The notes beneath the pieces are model-generated. The model was not told the origin of the DNA. It saw nothing but the letters and a program-made list of their open reading frames with translations, and did no database searches. From contig OX597818.1 in NCBI GenBank assembly GCA_951406725.2, positions 140,306,001 to 140,370,000 of the forward strand: 64,000 nucleotides of DNA, given 5' to 3'. This DNA comes from Octopus vulgaris. Taxonomy: Eukaryota. Made by a program: the position numbers and the translations under genes. Shown here one piece after another: positions 16,629 through 30,004 of the stretch (position 1 is the first letter of the stretch; each line of letters opens with the position of its first letter).

Positions 16629-18313
16629 TCTATAACACTGTATCCCGATTTTTTCCTTGGGTAACGACTGTTAAATGTTATTTCCTTACTTCTAGAAAAT
16701 ATGACAATGGCTAATATTTCCTTAAAATTTTGCTTTTGTTACATATATTCAAACCTCAAAGAATTACCTCTCAACACATGACTATGATACACCTCCACTA
16801 CTTCTGTTCATGATCAGTGATGCACATATTGTCAGCAACTGAGGACATGCTAAAAGCGGTTATGGTCAAGCAAGTGACAAGTATATTTGTGGTACTGAGC
16901 AGAATCTTTGCAATAACGATACTTCTGCTTCAGCAGCTCAGCGATGAATCCGTCTGAAATGTAATCGAAATTATGTCAGCTTCAAAACATTGATGTCAAG
17001 ATCACAAAGGTTTGAAGCGAATAGTAGTCCTATTCTTTGATTTCTAGATACAAGCAAATAGGAAGTAACATTTACTTGCCGAAGACAAAAATGTTTTTTT
17101 TTTTTTCACACAGAGTCATGGACAGGAACAACTTCAATTTCATCTTCATTCTCAGAAAGCTAACAAAATATGCAACGTAAATATATTGTATTTTTATACT
17201 CATAATTTAGTGATGTTGTGAGTACCATAATGTAATTTCAGTATTCATTTAATATCATTTAAATTCCTTTCAGTTATATTTTTAAAATAATTGTGCCTTA
17301 TCAAAAAGTATATAGTATGCTGTATGCGTCTTTGTATAATCTTCGCTATAAAAAGTGGATATCTGTCAAATCGTGTAAACTATAATTGATTTAGACATTC
17401 ATCTGGAAGAGGTCACATTTTCAAAGGGGATTATATTGAAGGTGTGACTATCGAACTGAGTGAAATTGCTAACGAATCTAGTCAGAGAATGAAGGAATAT
17501 TAACGGGACTTCTTCAGGTCTGTGATAAGTTTTAATAAAAAATCCTATGTATATATACATACTCTAGACCTTCAAGTTGTTTCAATATTATGGAAGGAAT
17601 AATACTGAACGCATCGCAGAGACCATCCGAATCCAAACTATTGAATCTGTTAGCAAATTTCAGATACATTTTTGATTAAAGTATTCAACAACCAGCCTAC
17701 GACTCAGCAGTTTTTATCCTTTTGCCAGCACTTCTAAGTATATGTTTTATAATCACACGATTTGTGAGAATGTAAGAGAAATCGGGCGGTTCACTGGTCT
17801 CATGTATATATTCATAAGATGATCAACCATTGATGGGTGACATGAAACGTTAAATGATTGACTTCATCATCTCATTGCAGAGTCGGCTTTACCATAAAAA
17901 ATAGTTATAACTTTTTTGCTTCTTTGAGCGACGTCAGTCACTCTAATGATTATTAACTGTGAACGTCTCCAGACTTTTCTTATCTTTTGCTTTTGGTATT
18001 TGATTTTCATTATATACAGACATACACATACATATATACATACATACAAATAAATTCACGCAGAGTATATCGTTTCTATACACACACATACGTACACATG
18101 TATATATGCAGGTAGAAATAAGTTAGTTATTCATTCTCTGCGATTTCTTATATCTTCGTATCCTTTCGGAGAATGCCGATTGTCAAACCTATTTATCACT
18201 ATAGGTTAAAATTTGTTTCTTTTTTTTTATCATTTATTTGTATGTAAACCCCAACACCATGACTGTCGTTGTATTTTACCCCTCGTCCACCGCCCTCGTG
18301 GCAAATAAAAGAA

Positions 18314-18440
18314 ATCATCACCATCATCATCATCATTATTATTATGGCTGTTGTTGCTATTGTTGTTTCCGTTGTTGATGTTGTTATCGTCATCCTTATC
18401 ATCATCGTCATCATCATCATCATTATCATCATCACCATTA
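18314..18440. repeat. (ATC)n/(GTT)n degenerate trinucleotide tract
   Basis: Directly visible; source of the poly-M/D/I ORFs. Confidence 0.9.
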
Positions 18441-19692
18441 GAAATTTTGTTTCTGATTTTGCCGTTGATATTGCGTCGCTGTTTCTGATGATGATGTTGC
18501 CACAAGCACGGCTTATAATGTCCTAGTAGATTTTTTTTCCTTTTTTTTTATTTTTTTTCTACATACATTTGTAGCGTTGGTTTTGGATTGTTTTTTGATA
18601 TGATATAATCGCTTTACTATGCTTTCGAATCGATGCTTATCTGAAATTTATGATTTACTGATAACGAGGTTAGATAATGACTGGCCGTGGGAATAGTATA
18701 TATTTTCCTCGTTTGTATGAAATGTGTGCTGTCTTATGTTCTGTGCTGTGACGTTCAATATACGAGAGATTTGGCGCAACGTGATGAATGTATTCCTATA
18801 TGAGTTACCTTATGTGTCCAGGTGTGTAAATGTGTGTTTATATGTGTGCAGTTACTTAATAGTTTTCTGAGTTGCTATGAGAAATCATTGCATCACATCA
18901 ACAGAAACTTGTGAAGTATTTGCTGTGTTGTAATGTCACCCTTCGCGATGTTGTACAATAAATCTTCGCGTATTCATGTATTGTTTTTAAATATTAACGT
19001 TTTAGCGTAGTATGAAGAAGTGAGTCATACGGTAGAGGACATGAGTTGATGTATTTCAGCATTTAGCTACATTCCTCAATGTTCTGAGATCGTATCCAGC
19101 AGATGTCAATTTGACATCATCCATCAAAGCTGATAAAATATTACCCGTTTCATAGTGATTTGATCCAATCCGGTTCACCCTTCTCAACATAAATTTGAAA
19201 GACCGGTAGACGAATGACAGAAATGGATGGAATATTTTCTCTTTTGATTTTAGTCTCAATCTGTTCTAAGTTCAATTTCTACTGATGTCAGTATTCATAC
19301 CTACGGTTTTCATAATAAAAGTAACACATATATAACTATACGAAATTCATTCAAGTGTACCTTATCCATAGCAATACCTTGCATTCACAATGTATGAGAA
19401 ATATCAATATTAAGTTTAAAGTGTACGGGGCCGTAGAGGAATATGTCAGTCGTTTAACAATATGGGGAGAGAGGGGGTTCCGATCCCCGAATAAAAGTAA
19501 TCAGTTGCTTTACTTACAAGAATACCGCCTTATAAAATATAAATTCAGAATGTTATATATTTTCTTTCCAATACATTATAGCACTTTAGCGTCTAGTAAA
19601 GAAAGAAAACCATTCCATAAGTCCTCAATTCCTGATGCAAATTCGACGTCTCTTAGATGGGGCTTAATACATTTCCTGTTCTGACCACAACC

Positions 19693-19924
19693 CATTTCTT
19701 TACTACCCACAAGGGGCTAAACACAGAGAGGACAAACAAGGACAGACAAACGGATTAAGTCGATTATATCGACCCCAGTGCGTAACTGGTACTTATTTAA
19801 TCGACCCCGAAAGGATGAAAGGCAAAGTCGACCTCGGCGGAATTTGAACTCAGAACGTAACGGCAGGCGAAATACTGCTAAGCATTTCGCCCGGCGTGCT
19901 AACGTTTCCGCCAGCTCACCGCCA
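19693..19924 (-). mobile_element. SINE family A, full length, with 16-bp TSD
   Basis: Head GGCGGTGAGCTGGCGGAAACG and B-box-like GAGTTCAAATTCC. TGTTCTGACCACAACC at 19677-19692 and 19925-19940. Multiple copies in the window. Confidence 0.92.
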
Positions 19925-20196
19925 TGTTCTGACCACAACCGATTTTCTCCGAAAAAATAGGCTGACAGACAGGGAATAATAAAGGGATAATCGACGACAT
20001 GAAATGAATAGAAGAACTCAGCTCGGTAGGGTTTGAATGCAGACTGCAATCATCTGGAACGATGTTCAGGAAGAAAAAAAGGGGTCAAAGAAAAGTTCAT
20101 CCTGAAAACTGTTAAAAAAAATAAAAGCGAGAGAAATCATATTTAAAAAATGCGACACTCCAGCGAAGTGCCAATGGAGGTTGGATAAAATGTTAT

Positions 20197-20523
20197 GGAA
20201 TGGAAGCACTCCGTCGGTTACGACGACGAGGTTTCCGGTTGATCCGAATCAACGGAATAGCCTGCTCGTGAAATTAACGTGTAAGTGGCTGAGCACTCCA
20301 CAGACACGTGTACCCTTAACGTAGTTCTCGGGGATATTCAGCGTGACACAGAGTGTGACAAGGCCGGCCCCTTGAAATACAGGTACAACAGAAACAGGAA
20401 GTAAGAGTGAGAGAAGGTTGTGGTGAAAGAGTACAGCAGGGATCATCACCATCCCCTGCCGGAGCCTCGTGGAGCTTTTAGGTGTTTTCGCTCAATAAAC
20501 ACTCACAACGCCCGGTCTGGGAA
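20197..20523 (-). mobile_element. SINE family B, 5'-truncated, with 12-bp TSD
   Basis: Near-identical to 25505-25886 in reverse; ATAAAATGTTAT at 20185-20196 and 20524-20535. Confidence 0.92.
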
Positions 20524-20535
20524 ATAAAATGTTAT

Positions 20536-20900
20536 ATGGATGGTAAGGAACTGGTGAAAAAAATTTTGTGCATGAAGCATATGCAAAGTTAAGAGGAATG
20601 TGGTAGATGTGTCTGTGTTTAAGAGTGCAGGGATGTGAACCGTTGTTTTGAATAAGGGAAAATGAGAAACAATTTTTCAATGCATAGAAATTCTGGAAGG
20701 TTTGATGGAGAGTCCAAGGATCCGAGGGATTTGTAAGATCATCAGGAAAGCGAATTTGGTAAAATCGGATGAGAACAAATTATAAGTAACACATGTTGTA
20801 ATGGAAAATGGTTGATGAAGGAAAAGATGTCTCCCTAGAGAGAAGGATGGAAACTAAGAGAGGTAATAAGTGAAGGAAATAATGAGTGAGTTTGATTTGT
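20536..20900 (-). mobile_element. Possible degraded Penelope-like RT remnant
   Basis: Broken minus-strand translation gives RFYQIRFPDDL (RYIDD-like) and FTSLHS...LNF...QFL, loosely like PLE RT5-thumb motifs. Confidence 0.35.
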
Positions 20901-21892
20901 GGATGTGTGGGTGTGTGCGATAGCTAAAGACTCAGTGGCAGGAAAGGTGGGAAAAAGTGTCAAAGTGACAGTAGCAGAGATGTGAATTTGAGTGTCTCTG
21001 TGTGTACCAGTGTGTGCCTGGATAGGTGTGCATTCTTGTACCGCTGTTGATGGGTGTATAGGTATGCTTGAATAAGAGAGTAAAAAAGAGGAGCGTGTGA
21101 GGGCACCGGTTTGTATGTATGTAGAGTGGGTGGTGTGTATGTGTGTGAATGTGTCAAAGAGACAAGGTAGTAGTTGGGTAGATACCTGTCTATGTGTAAA
21201 CAACCACCGCCAATCTAGGTATCGAAGGACGACCATACGATCGTGCATGCGACATCCTAACCACTGCATCATATGCCTCATACACACGCACGCACACATA
21301 CACATACACACATGCATACATCCATATACACACACATAGATATGTTTATATGCATGGTATCATGGTATGCACCAGATGCACTATTACATTGAAACATCAT
21401 TTGTATATCATATTTAATATATCAATGCATCGTGTTAGGCAAATTTTACTGCAGTATTCGTCCTGAGGTATCCCACTGGTGATATCTCTGGACAAATACC
21501 ATAGATATGCTGTGTTAAGAAGCATAACTACGCTTCTAATTGCAACAGCAGTTCATGTTTATTCCCTGTTTTGATATATCATCCAGTATAAGTGTTAACT
21601 TGGCAAGAGGTTGGTTTTGAGTTCCTGCTACTGACAAAGCCATGGAGGCAGAAGTCCATGTAGCATTTATTCCGTCCGCTCCTAGGATTATTTTCGTCTG
21701 TCTCTGGTTTATATCTTTTGATATTGAAAATATCACGTGCATATGAGATACTATCTCGGGATGAAGACGTCCGTAATTTTGCCTAGAAATGTATTAATGT
21801 ATTAATATCAAGTATGATACACACATGATTATTGTAATCTAATATTACTTCTATTGCATATAACCTATATACATATATACACATAATTATAT

Positions 21893-21956
<64 letters not shown>

Positions 21957-22718
21957 TCATACATAAGCACACACACAAATACACAAACTCACAAACACAT
22001 ACAAACTCTACTACATTTCAATTGCTATATTGGCTTAAATAAAGCAATCCGATGTTGTCCGGTATAATAATAAGTCATCTACAAGCAACTACAATATTTA
22101 CATTATTGACCTCGGTTGTCTGTGTCACTGATTGTATTCGAAGACAAAGAGTAATTTCTGTTCAACGTATTTCACGAATCTATTATCCTTGCATTGTTCT
22201 CTTCATCAACTGTAGTTGCTGGTCACCTGCCAAACCGAGATTTCTACTAAAATTTAGCGAATTATTTATCAAGCAACATAAGCATTGTGAAACCAGTTCT
22301 TTAGAAACGAAATCTAATAAAAAACCATTCCAAATCACCCATGCCTAACAACCCATTCTGCAGATTCTCTCTGTGGAAAATTTGACATCAACAAAGCCAA
22401 CGTTCCGGATATCATTACTGGTGTAGTTTTAAGAATGCCTCTTTAGAAGAGTCTTTCATTTTGATTCTCTTGCTAAGGCTCCTTTTGCCAGCCTTTTATA
22501 TTCTTCAGCAACTACATTGTGACGGCGAGCATTTAGTTGCGAACTTAATGGAAAACTGTCTATTCTGTGAGTTCCCTCAAGGAAAAATAAACCTATAAGT
22601 TGGTTCTAAACTAGCTTTTGAAATAAATGTCTCTCGTGTGAGAGAAATTACTGCTTCTTGAAAAATTACATTCTAATTGAATTTTCAACAAGAAGCCGTG
22701 TGACAACTTCGTTCGTTT

Positions 22719-22795
<77 letters not shown>

Positions 22796-22930
22796 TATAT
22801 ACATATACATATATATCTATATATCTGAGGTCAATAATGTAAATGTTGTAGACCCTTGTAGATGACTTATTATTATTATACCGGACAACATCGGATTGCT
22901 TTATTTAAGCCAATATAGCAATTGAAATGC

Positions 22931-22962
22931 TGTATGTGTGTACTTGTATACACACACACACG

Positions 22963-23004
<42 letters not shown>

Positions 23005-23690
23005 TATATATGAATGTGTATACACATACACACATACATATGTATATATATGTACAAATACACATACAAATGCCTGCATACATGTATATACATAAATTTA
23101 TGTGTGTGTGTTTGTGTATGCGTCTGTGTGTGTATGTGTGTACTTGTATACACACACACACGCACACACATATATATATAAGAATATATATGAATGTGTA
23201 TACACATACACACATACATATGTATATGTATATATATATATGTACAAATACACATACAAATGCCTGCATACATGTATATACATGAATTTATGTGTGTGTG
23301 TTTGTGTATGCGTCTGTGTGTGTATGTGTGTACTTGTATACACACACACACGCACACACATATATATATAAGAATATATATGAATGTGTATACACATACA
23401 CACATACATATGTATATGTATATATATATGTACAAATACACATACAAATGCCTGCATACATGTATATACATAAATTTATGTGTGTGTGTTTGTGTATGCG
23501 TCTGTGTGTGTATGTGTGTACTTGAATACACACACACACGCACACACATATATATATAAGAATATATATGAATGTGTATACACATACACACATCATATGT
23601 ATATGTATATATATGTACAAATACACATACAAATGCCTGCATACATGTATATACATAAATTTATGTGTGTGTGTGTTTGTGTGTGCGTGC
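22931..23690. repeat. ~188-200-bp minisatellite, 4 units built from TA/CA/TG microsatellites
   Basis: GTACAAATACACATACAAATGCCTGCATACATG and AGAATATATATGAATG each recur four times at ~190-bp spacing. Confidence 0.95.
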
Positions 23691-24095
23691 GTGTGTGTAT
23701 TGCGGTTACATGATAAATATATTTCGCCTTTACATTTAGCAAAACTAGGTTTTAGCAAACTGAATGAAGTGAAGTAATCTAGTAAAATATCGAATTGAGA
23801 ATACTGTTACTGTTGTCGTTAAAACTCAGATCTGACCAATGAAAATTGCTACAATGTTTCCCAAGGATGGACATGTCATTTTGTTATTCAAATATTACGT
23901 GCTAAGAAGAAAATTTGTAATGTGTTTTTCCTTTTAATAAGATGGCATGAAGAGAGTTAAGGGAGTTTTGCTTGCTATGTTTATCAGTTTAAACCAATAA
24001 TTAGATACTTTATTAATTCTTTACATGTGGTAGGTTGTAAATTTATTCTCCATAGGATGCTTAATATATTGTCGATATATGCTCATACGTATATA

Positions 24096-25363
24096 TTGGG
24101 TTGTCCGGAAAGTTCGTGCCGATTTATTGTAGCTTACCTTTCGACTTATTTTAGAACATGTTAGAGTCCATAAAATAGGATTTGACTACACCTCTACTTA
24201 GAGCATAGTTTACGCTACCTTTTCGTGGAAGAAGGTTTATGTTCCTATAACCTGTATTAATTCAGTAACCCTTTAAATTGAAAGTTAAGAAAGTTCATTT
24301 TCGGCACTTGATGCTTTTTTTCTTTTTCTGCAAAGGGAAAAATGCCTCACAGCCAACCAAAGAAATATGCGCAGTTTAGGGCGACGTTTCTTTATCCGAA
24401 AGAACTGTACGGAAGTGGTTCGCAAGGTTTAGAGTTGGAGATTGTAGCCGTATGGATAAAGAGCGATCAGGCAGACCATCCACTACAGATGATGACTAAA
24501 TAACCCGCATTGCACAACCCGAGAATTGGCAGAAAGCCTCAACCTATCAAAATCCGACGTTCACGAGCACCTGGTAATGCTTGGGTATACAAATCGCTAC
24601 GATGTTTAGGTACCACATGAGTTGAGTGAAAAGAGCCTTTTGGATCGCATTTGCATCTATGATTTGCTTTATAAACCGAATGAAAACGCGCTTTTTTTAA
24701 AGCAAATTGTGACAGGTGATGAGAAATGGATTATTTACCGAAATGTTCAGAGAAAGCGATCTTGGATTAAGCGACATGAACCACCCTTAGCCACCCCAAA
24801 AGCAGGTCTTCACCCTAAAAGATGTTTTGCTTTGTGTCTGGTGGGATTGGAAAAGAATTCTGTACTATGAGTTTCACACTAGTAATGAGACAATTAATCC
24901 TGAGAAATACTGCACACAACTGGACGAGTTAAAAGCAGTAATTCAAGAGAAACGTCCAGAATGGGCCAACAGGATGTGTGTTGTTTTCCAACATGATAAT
25001 GTAAGACCGCACGTTACTTTGGGAACCAGACAAAAATTGCAGCAGCTCGGTTGGGATGTGTTACCCACCCTCCAAATTCACCAGATATTGCTCCTTCGGA
25101 TTTCCACTTATTCATGTCTCTGTAGAATAGTCTTAATGGTAAACATTTCAATTCCTTGGATGACGTAAAAAGATACCTTGGTGAATTCTTTGCCATGAAA
25201 CCACCTCAGTTCTGGAAAGAGGGTATTTTCAAGTTAAAGGAAAGATGGAGATGCATTGTGCAAGAAAATGGTTCATATTTGGTTGATTAAAAATGTAATA
25301 GCAAGTATTTATTGACCCTTTTTTTTCCTTTAAAAATCGGCACGAATTTTCCGGACAACCCGA
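24096..25363 (+). mobile_element. Full-length (1268 bp) defective mariner (DD34D) transposon, mellifera-subfamily-like
   Basis: 30-bp TIRs TTGGGTTGTCCGGAAAGTTCGTGCCGATTT / AAATCGGCACGAATTTTCCGGACAACCCGA with TA on both sides. Transposase motifs HFRHLMLF, KGKNASQ, RSGRP, *VPHEL, IVTGDEKWI, HDNVRPH, SPDIAPSDFHLF; stops and frameshifts. Confidence 0.96.
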
Positions 25364-25504
25364 TATTAATCAATCTATGGAGGAAATATGTCGTCCATTT
25401 TCTGCATTTGGTTTTCCTTAACAGTAAATTATTTATAACCTTCCTATATGCACTGATTTTATATATGTTTATGTCATTTAACCTGTATTATACCTCTGCC
25501 AATT

Positions 25505-25886
25505 TCCCGCAATGGCCCAGTGGTTAGGGCAGCGGACTTGCGGTCGTAGGATCGCGGTTTCGATTCCCAGACCGGGCGTTGTGAGTGTTTATTGAGCGAA
25601 AACACCTAAAAAAGCTCCACGAGGCTCCGGCAAGGGATGGTGGTGATCCCTGCTGTACTCTTTCACCACAAATTTCTCTCACTCTTACTTCCTGTTTCTG
25701 TTGTACCTGTATTTCAAAGGGCCGGCCTTGTCACGCTGAATATCCCCGAGAACTACGTTAAGAGTACACGTGTCTGTGGAGTGCTCAGCCACTTACACGT
25801 TAATTTCACGAGCAGGCTGTTCCGTTGATCGGATCAACCGGAACCCTCGTCGTCGTAACCGACGGAGTGCTTCCATCAGTGCTTCC
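25505..25886 (+). mobile_element. SINE family B, full length, tRNA-derived head, 13-bp TSD
   Basis: A-box TGGCCCAGTGG and B-box GGTTTCGATTCC; tail repeat AGTGCTTCCA x2; ACCTCTGCCAATT at 25492-25504 and 25887-25899. Confidence 0.94.
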
Positions 25887-27099
25887 ACCTCTGCCAATTA
25901 CAGAATGATAAGTTAGTGAGAAAGACTGATGGATAACGTTTGTTCGTGTATTTCGTCACTTTTAGAAATTCAGTACTTGAGTGAATGCGTTGCCATAACC
26001 AACCAATATAAGAAATAAATATATATCAGCATCTTCAAATTATTGCTTGAAATTTCAATTTGTATTATTTTCTGTAACACGGAGTTGCACTCACATCTAT
26101 TCATTATTAAGTTTAAGCACGTGAAACGTTCGAGATACTTCATACAGTATTTATTGTTAGGTATCATATTTCAATTATATTCATTACGTGTCCTATGTCA
26201 ACCTGATATCTCATGAACTAGGTTGCACGTGCATTATTCGTAGGGTTATAATCCACAGCCACCTCCTTTCCACACATGTGTCAACGCTCCATTTTCAGGA
26301 TTTTTCAATAAGACTATGTTATGATTATATATATTTGAATTAATATTCTAGCTCTTTCCGTAAATTGAACTATAATATAGCAGTTATCATATTAGTACAC
26401 AAAGGTAGTCACGGCACAAACGGACTCGTCTATACTTCTTGCACTAATTGACGATGAATTGCGCCGACACTGTTTTAAGTCTTCACACAATTCTGCCTCT
26501 CTCGCTAAAACTAACCACACTCTCTATATCCCTTTGTTGTTTGGATGATTTGAGAAATATATGAAAGTTTTGACTTAGACACAAATAATTGCATTATAAT
26601 TCTTGTAATTTTTCTCATAGGAAAGACGCCTCTTACTCTTCCCCTCATTACTCAGTGAGTTAGGGGTCCTTTTCTAATGAAATGTCAAGAGAAAAAAAAA
26701 TGGAACAAATTAACGTTTCAAAAAAGAAAAAACTAATTGTCTTGGAGTTAAAGCCAAGCACATCCAACAGATAATGATAATTATTACAATGTCTTCTTTC
26801 ATCCTTCTTTCTAATTCTCTGTTCTTTTAATAAAATCTTTTAAGATATTTGTCAACAAAATGAAATGATTTAAGTCATGTCTCGACTTTAAATAATTGAA
26901 AAAATAATTAATTAATACGCAACAACTATAATCAAATTAAAGATGAAAAACCACAAAACACTATAATGAAATTGTGATAACAATGCCTGTGCGTACCAGA
27001 TTTTGAAAAATATCTTTATCTTTTATCATTCGTGTGAACACTATCACCAGATGACAATCTTCACCAAGAAGTGATATATACACAGACATGACTTACATA

Positions 27100-27485
27100 T
27101 ATTGGTAGATGTACCAGCGCAAATGAATGCCAACGGAAAAGCATACCATAAAAAAGTTCTCAGAAATGATAAAGAAAGCACCTATAATTTGAGAAATGCC
27201 AAAGCACATAGATAAAGAGTTCAAAGCTAATTGCCAACATATTGTTCTAATGATCCACCAAAAAAAGAAAAAAAAAAAGATTCCAAATCAACATAGCTCA
27301 TTCAAAAGATAACAATGCTTTTCTAAAAGAAGCGGAGAAATTGTCGATATACGAAGGTCCGGAAAGAGAAATAACAGGAATTTCAGGCGTGCAATTACAA
27401 TGATACTAAGAAGTTATTCTTGAGATTTGAGGAGACGTTGTTCCCAAACCTCAAAGCAACGTGCCAGCTAGCTAATATAGGGTAG

Positions 27486-27569
<84 letters not shown>

Positions 27570-27570
27570 T
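27100..27570 (+). mobile_element. R4/Dong-like LINE 3' fragment (RLE endonuclease) with (TAA)n tail
   Basis: KANCQHIVLMIHQKK...IAHSKDNNAFLKEAEKLSIYEG.EREIT matches the RPD-D...K..KY restriction-like endonuclease pattern and runs into (TAA)n at 27489. Confidence 0.7.
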
Positions 27571-27639
27571 ACTAATATTCCTTTCTACTTTAAAGAATTA
27601 GATATGGCTACACAGAGACACTAATAATACTAATAATGA

Positions 27640-27780
27640 GAAGATGAAGAAACTGAAGAAAAAGAAGAAGAAAAAGAAGAAGAAGAAGAAGAAGAAGAAG
27701 AAGAAGAAGAAGAAGAAGAAGAAGAAGAAGAAGAAGAAGAAGAAGAAGAAGAAGAAGACAACGACGACGACGACGACCGA
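27640..27780. repeat. (GAA)n microsatellite
   Basis: Directly visible; source of the poly-K/poly-S ORFs. Confidence 0.97.
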
Positions 27781-27835
27781 GAAAAGGATAGAAAATAAAA
27801 GAAAGAACCTATCAATCCGAAATGAAATTAGTAAC

Positions 27836-27905
27836 CAAATAACACTTGCTAAGAAGGTATATATCCACAGACATGACAGAGTTGGGGCGTATATTCATTG
27901 GATAT
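27836..27905 (+). mobile_element. Short R4/Dong-like LINE fragment
   Basis: TLAKKVYIHRHDRVGAYIHW matches the post-CCHC RHD/RHN motif of RLE LINEs. Confidence 0.65.
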
Positions 27906-29093
27906 TCAATGAAATCGCACTATGTGAAGTTTACAGTACGTCCCCTATGTTTTCCAGTCCCTCTGGCAAAGTTTCGAGTGATTATTACTTTAAAAATGTA
28001 AAAGTAATTGATCAAAATAAATTTTACTTACGATAGTAAGTCAACGAGAGAAATTACTTTGTTCCAGAGCATTGCTAAATAGGAGATCTTTGAGCGATGA
28101 TCTAAATGAAAAAAATAAAGAGCAAGCTGTCTGTCTTTTCACACGCAGAGAAAGAGAGAATGAGAGAGAGAGAGAGAGAGAGAGAAAGAGTGAGACAGGA
28201 AGAGAGACAGACAGACAGAACGAAGGAGAGAGAGAGGAAAAAGTAATAAAGAATGTGGTGGAGAGCGATAGAGCGAACTGTCCTTCTTTTCACACACACA
28301 CGCAGAAAAATAAGAGAGAGAGATAGAAAGAGAGAGAGGCAAACAAACTAAACAAACGAGTGATAAAAAAAGAAACAACGAAAGAACGTGGTGGGGAGAG
28401 ATAGAGGAAGAGAGACAGGGAAAGAGAGAAAAAGAAATAGAGAGGGTGAGAAAGAAAGAAAGAAAGAAAGCATAAGAGAGAGAGAGAGAAAGAGAGAAGA
28501 ACATAACTGAAAATCCATGACAAATGAATACCTTACGTACATCATCTTACTGCTTGGTGACTCATCAGTTTACACATTTCTTGCATCAGAAATGATCTAT
28601 CAAAGGAGAATAACTTCCTCGAAATAGAATACCATCATTCAAACCATGAGACACAACACCTGTATTTGGCCAAATTAGCCCATACATCTTGTGCGGTTTC
28701 CGAAATAATGCTATTATCTAAGATTCAGTCCAAAACGGGGACTGTAATCTGATACATGCAAAATCTCTGCAAAACAATGATGCCCTCCACAAGCATTAAT
28801 TTTTCCCTTCTTTGCCGAAGAAATATTGAACTATTTTCATGGTCATACACCTACGAAAATATATGACTTACAGAAAAGAAACAGGGTTTAATTCGAAGTA
28901 GCTCGAAATGTAAATTCGTTTATCATAACAGTGTATATTAGTATTTATGTCTGAATATTATTATCTTTTGAGACAACATGGGTGCTAGAGCATAGTATTT
29001 TATCATTTTTAAGAAATGCTATGTTAGGATGATTTAAGAAACAAGAGTTTTGTTATGGAAATAATTTTTCGTTCAACAGTATACATACACAAA

Positions 29094-29863
29094 GGCGGCG
29101 AGCTGGCAGAAACGTTAGCACGCCGGGTGAAATGCTTAGCAGTAATTCGTCTGCCGTTATGTTCTGAGTTCAAATTCCGCCGAGGTCGACTTTGCCTTTC
29201 ATCCTTTCGGGGTCGATTAAATAAGTACCAGTTACGCACTGGAGTCGATGTAATCGACTTAATCCGTTTGTCTGTCCTTGTTTGACCTCTCTGTGTTAAG
29301 CCCCTAGTGTGTAATAGGGAAATAAAAACGTTAGCACGCCGGGCGAAATGCGTAGCCGTATTTCGTCTGCCGTTACGTTCTGAGCTCAAAGCTTTTCATG
29401 CTTTCGGGGTCGACAAATTAAGTACCAGTTACGCACTGGGGTCGATATAATCGACTTAATCTGTTTGTCTGTCCTTGTGTGTTCCCTCTGTGTTTAGCCC
29501 CTTGTGGGTAGTAAAGAAATAGGTATTTCGTCTGCCGTTACGTTCTGAGTTCAAATTCCGCCGAGGTCGACTTTGCCTTTCATCCTTTCGAGGTCGATAA
29601 ATTAAGTACCAGTTATCCGTTTGTCTGTCCTTGTTTGTCCCCTCCATGTTTAGACCCCTGTGGGTAATAAAAAAATAAGAAACGTTAGCATGCTGGGCAT
29701 AATGCTTAGCGTCTTTACGTTCTGAGTTCAAATTCCACCGAGGTCGACTTTGCCTTTCATATTTTCGGGGTCAATAGATTAAGTACCAGTTGCGTACTCG
29801 GGTCGATCTAATCGACTGGTTCCCTCTCCCAAAATTTCGTGCCTTGTACCTAGAGTAGAAAAT
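29094..29863 (+). mobile_element. Head-to-tail cluster of four SINE family A copies
   Basis: The core ACGTTCTGAGTTCAAATTCCGCCGAGGTCGACTTTGCCTTTCATCC and variants recur four times (units from ~29094, 29326, 29521, 29678). Confidence 0.93.
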
Positions 29864-29960
29864 ATTTATACATACATTAAAAGTGTGGGAAGAGGAGAAA
29901 AAGTTCATGTTTTCGTGTGATGAAGAGAGAGAGAGAGAAACACATACAAAAAGTGTGTGT

Positions 29961-30004
<44 letters not shown>

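Noticed and set aside
25508-25580. tRNA-like sequence (also 34170-34244 and 59009-59080)
   Set aside because: No acceptor stem, and each continues into a repeated body; these are SINE heads, not tRNA genes.
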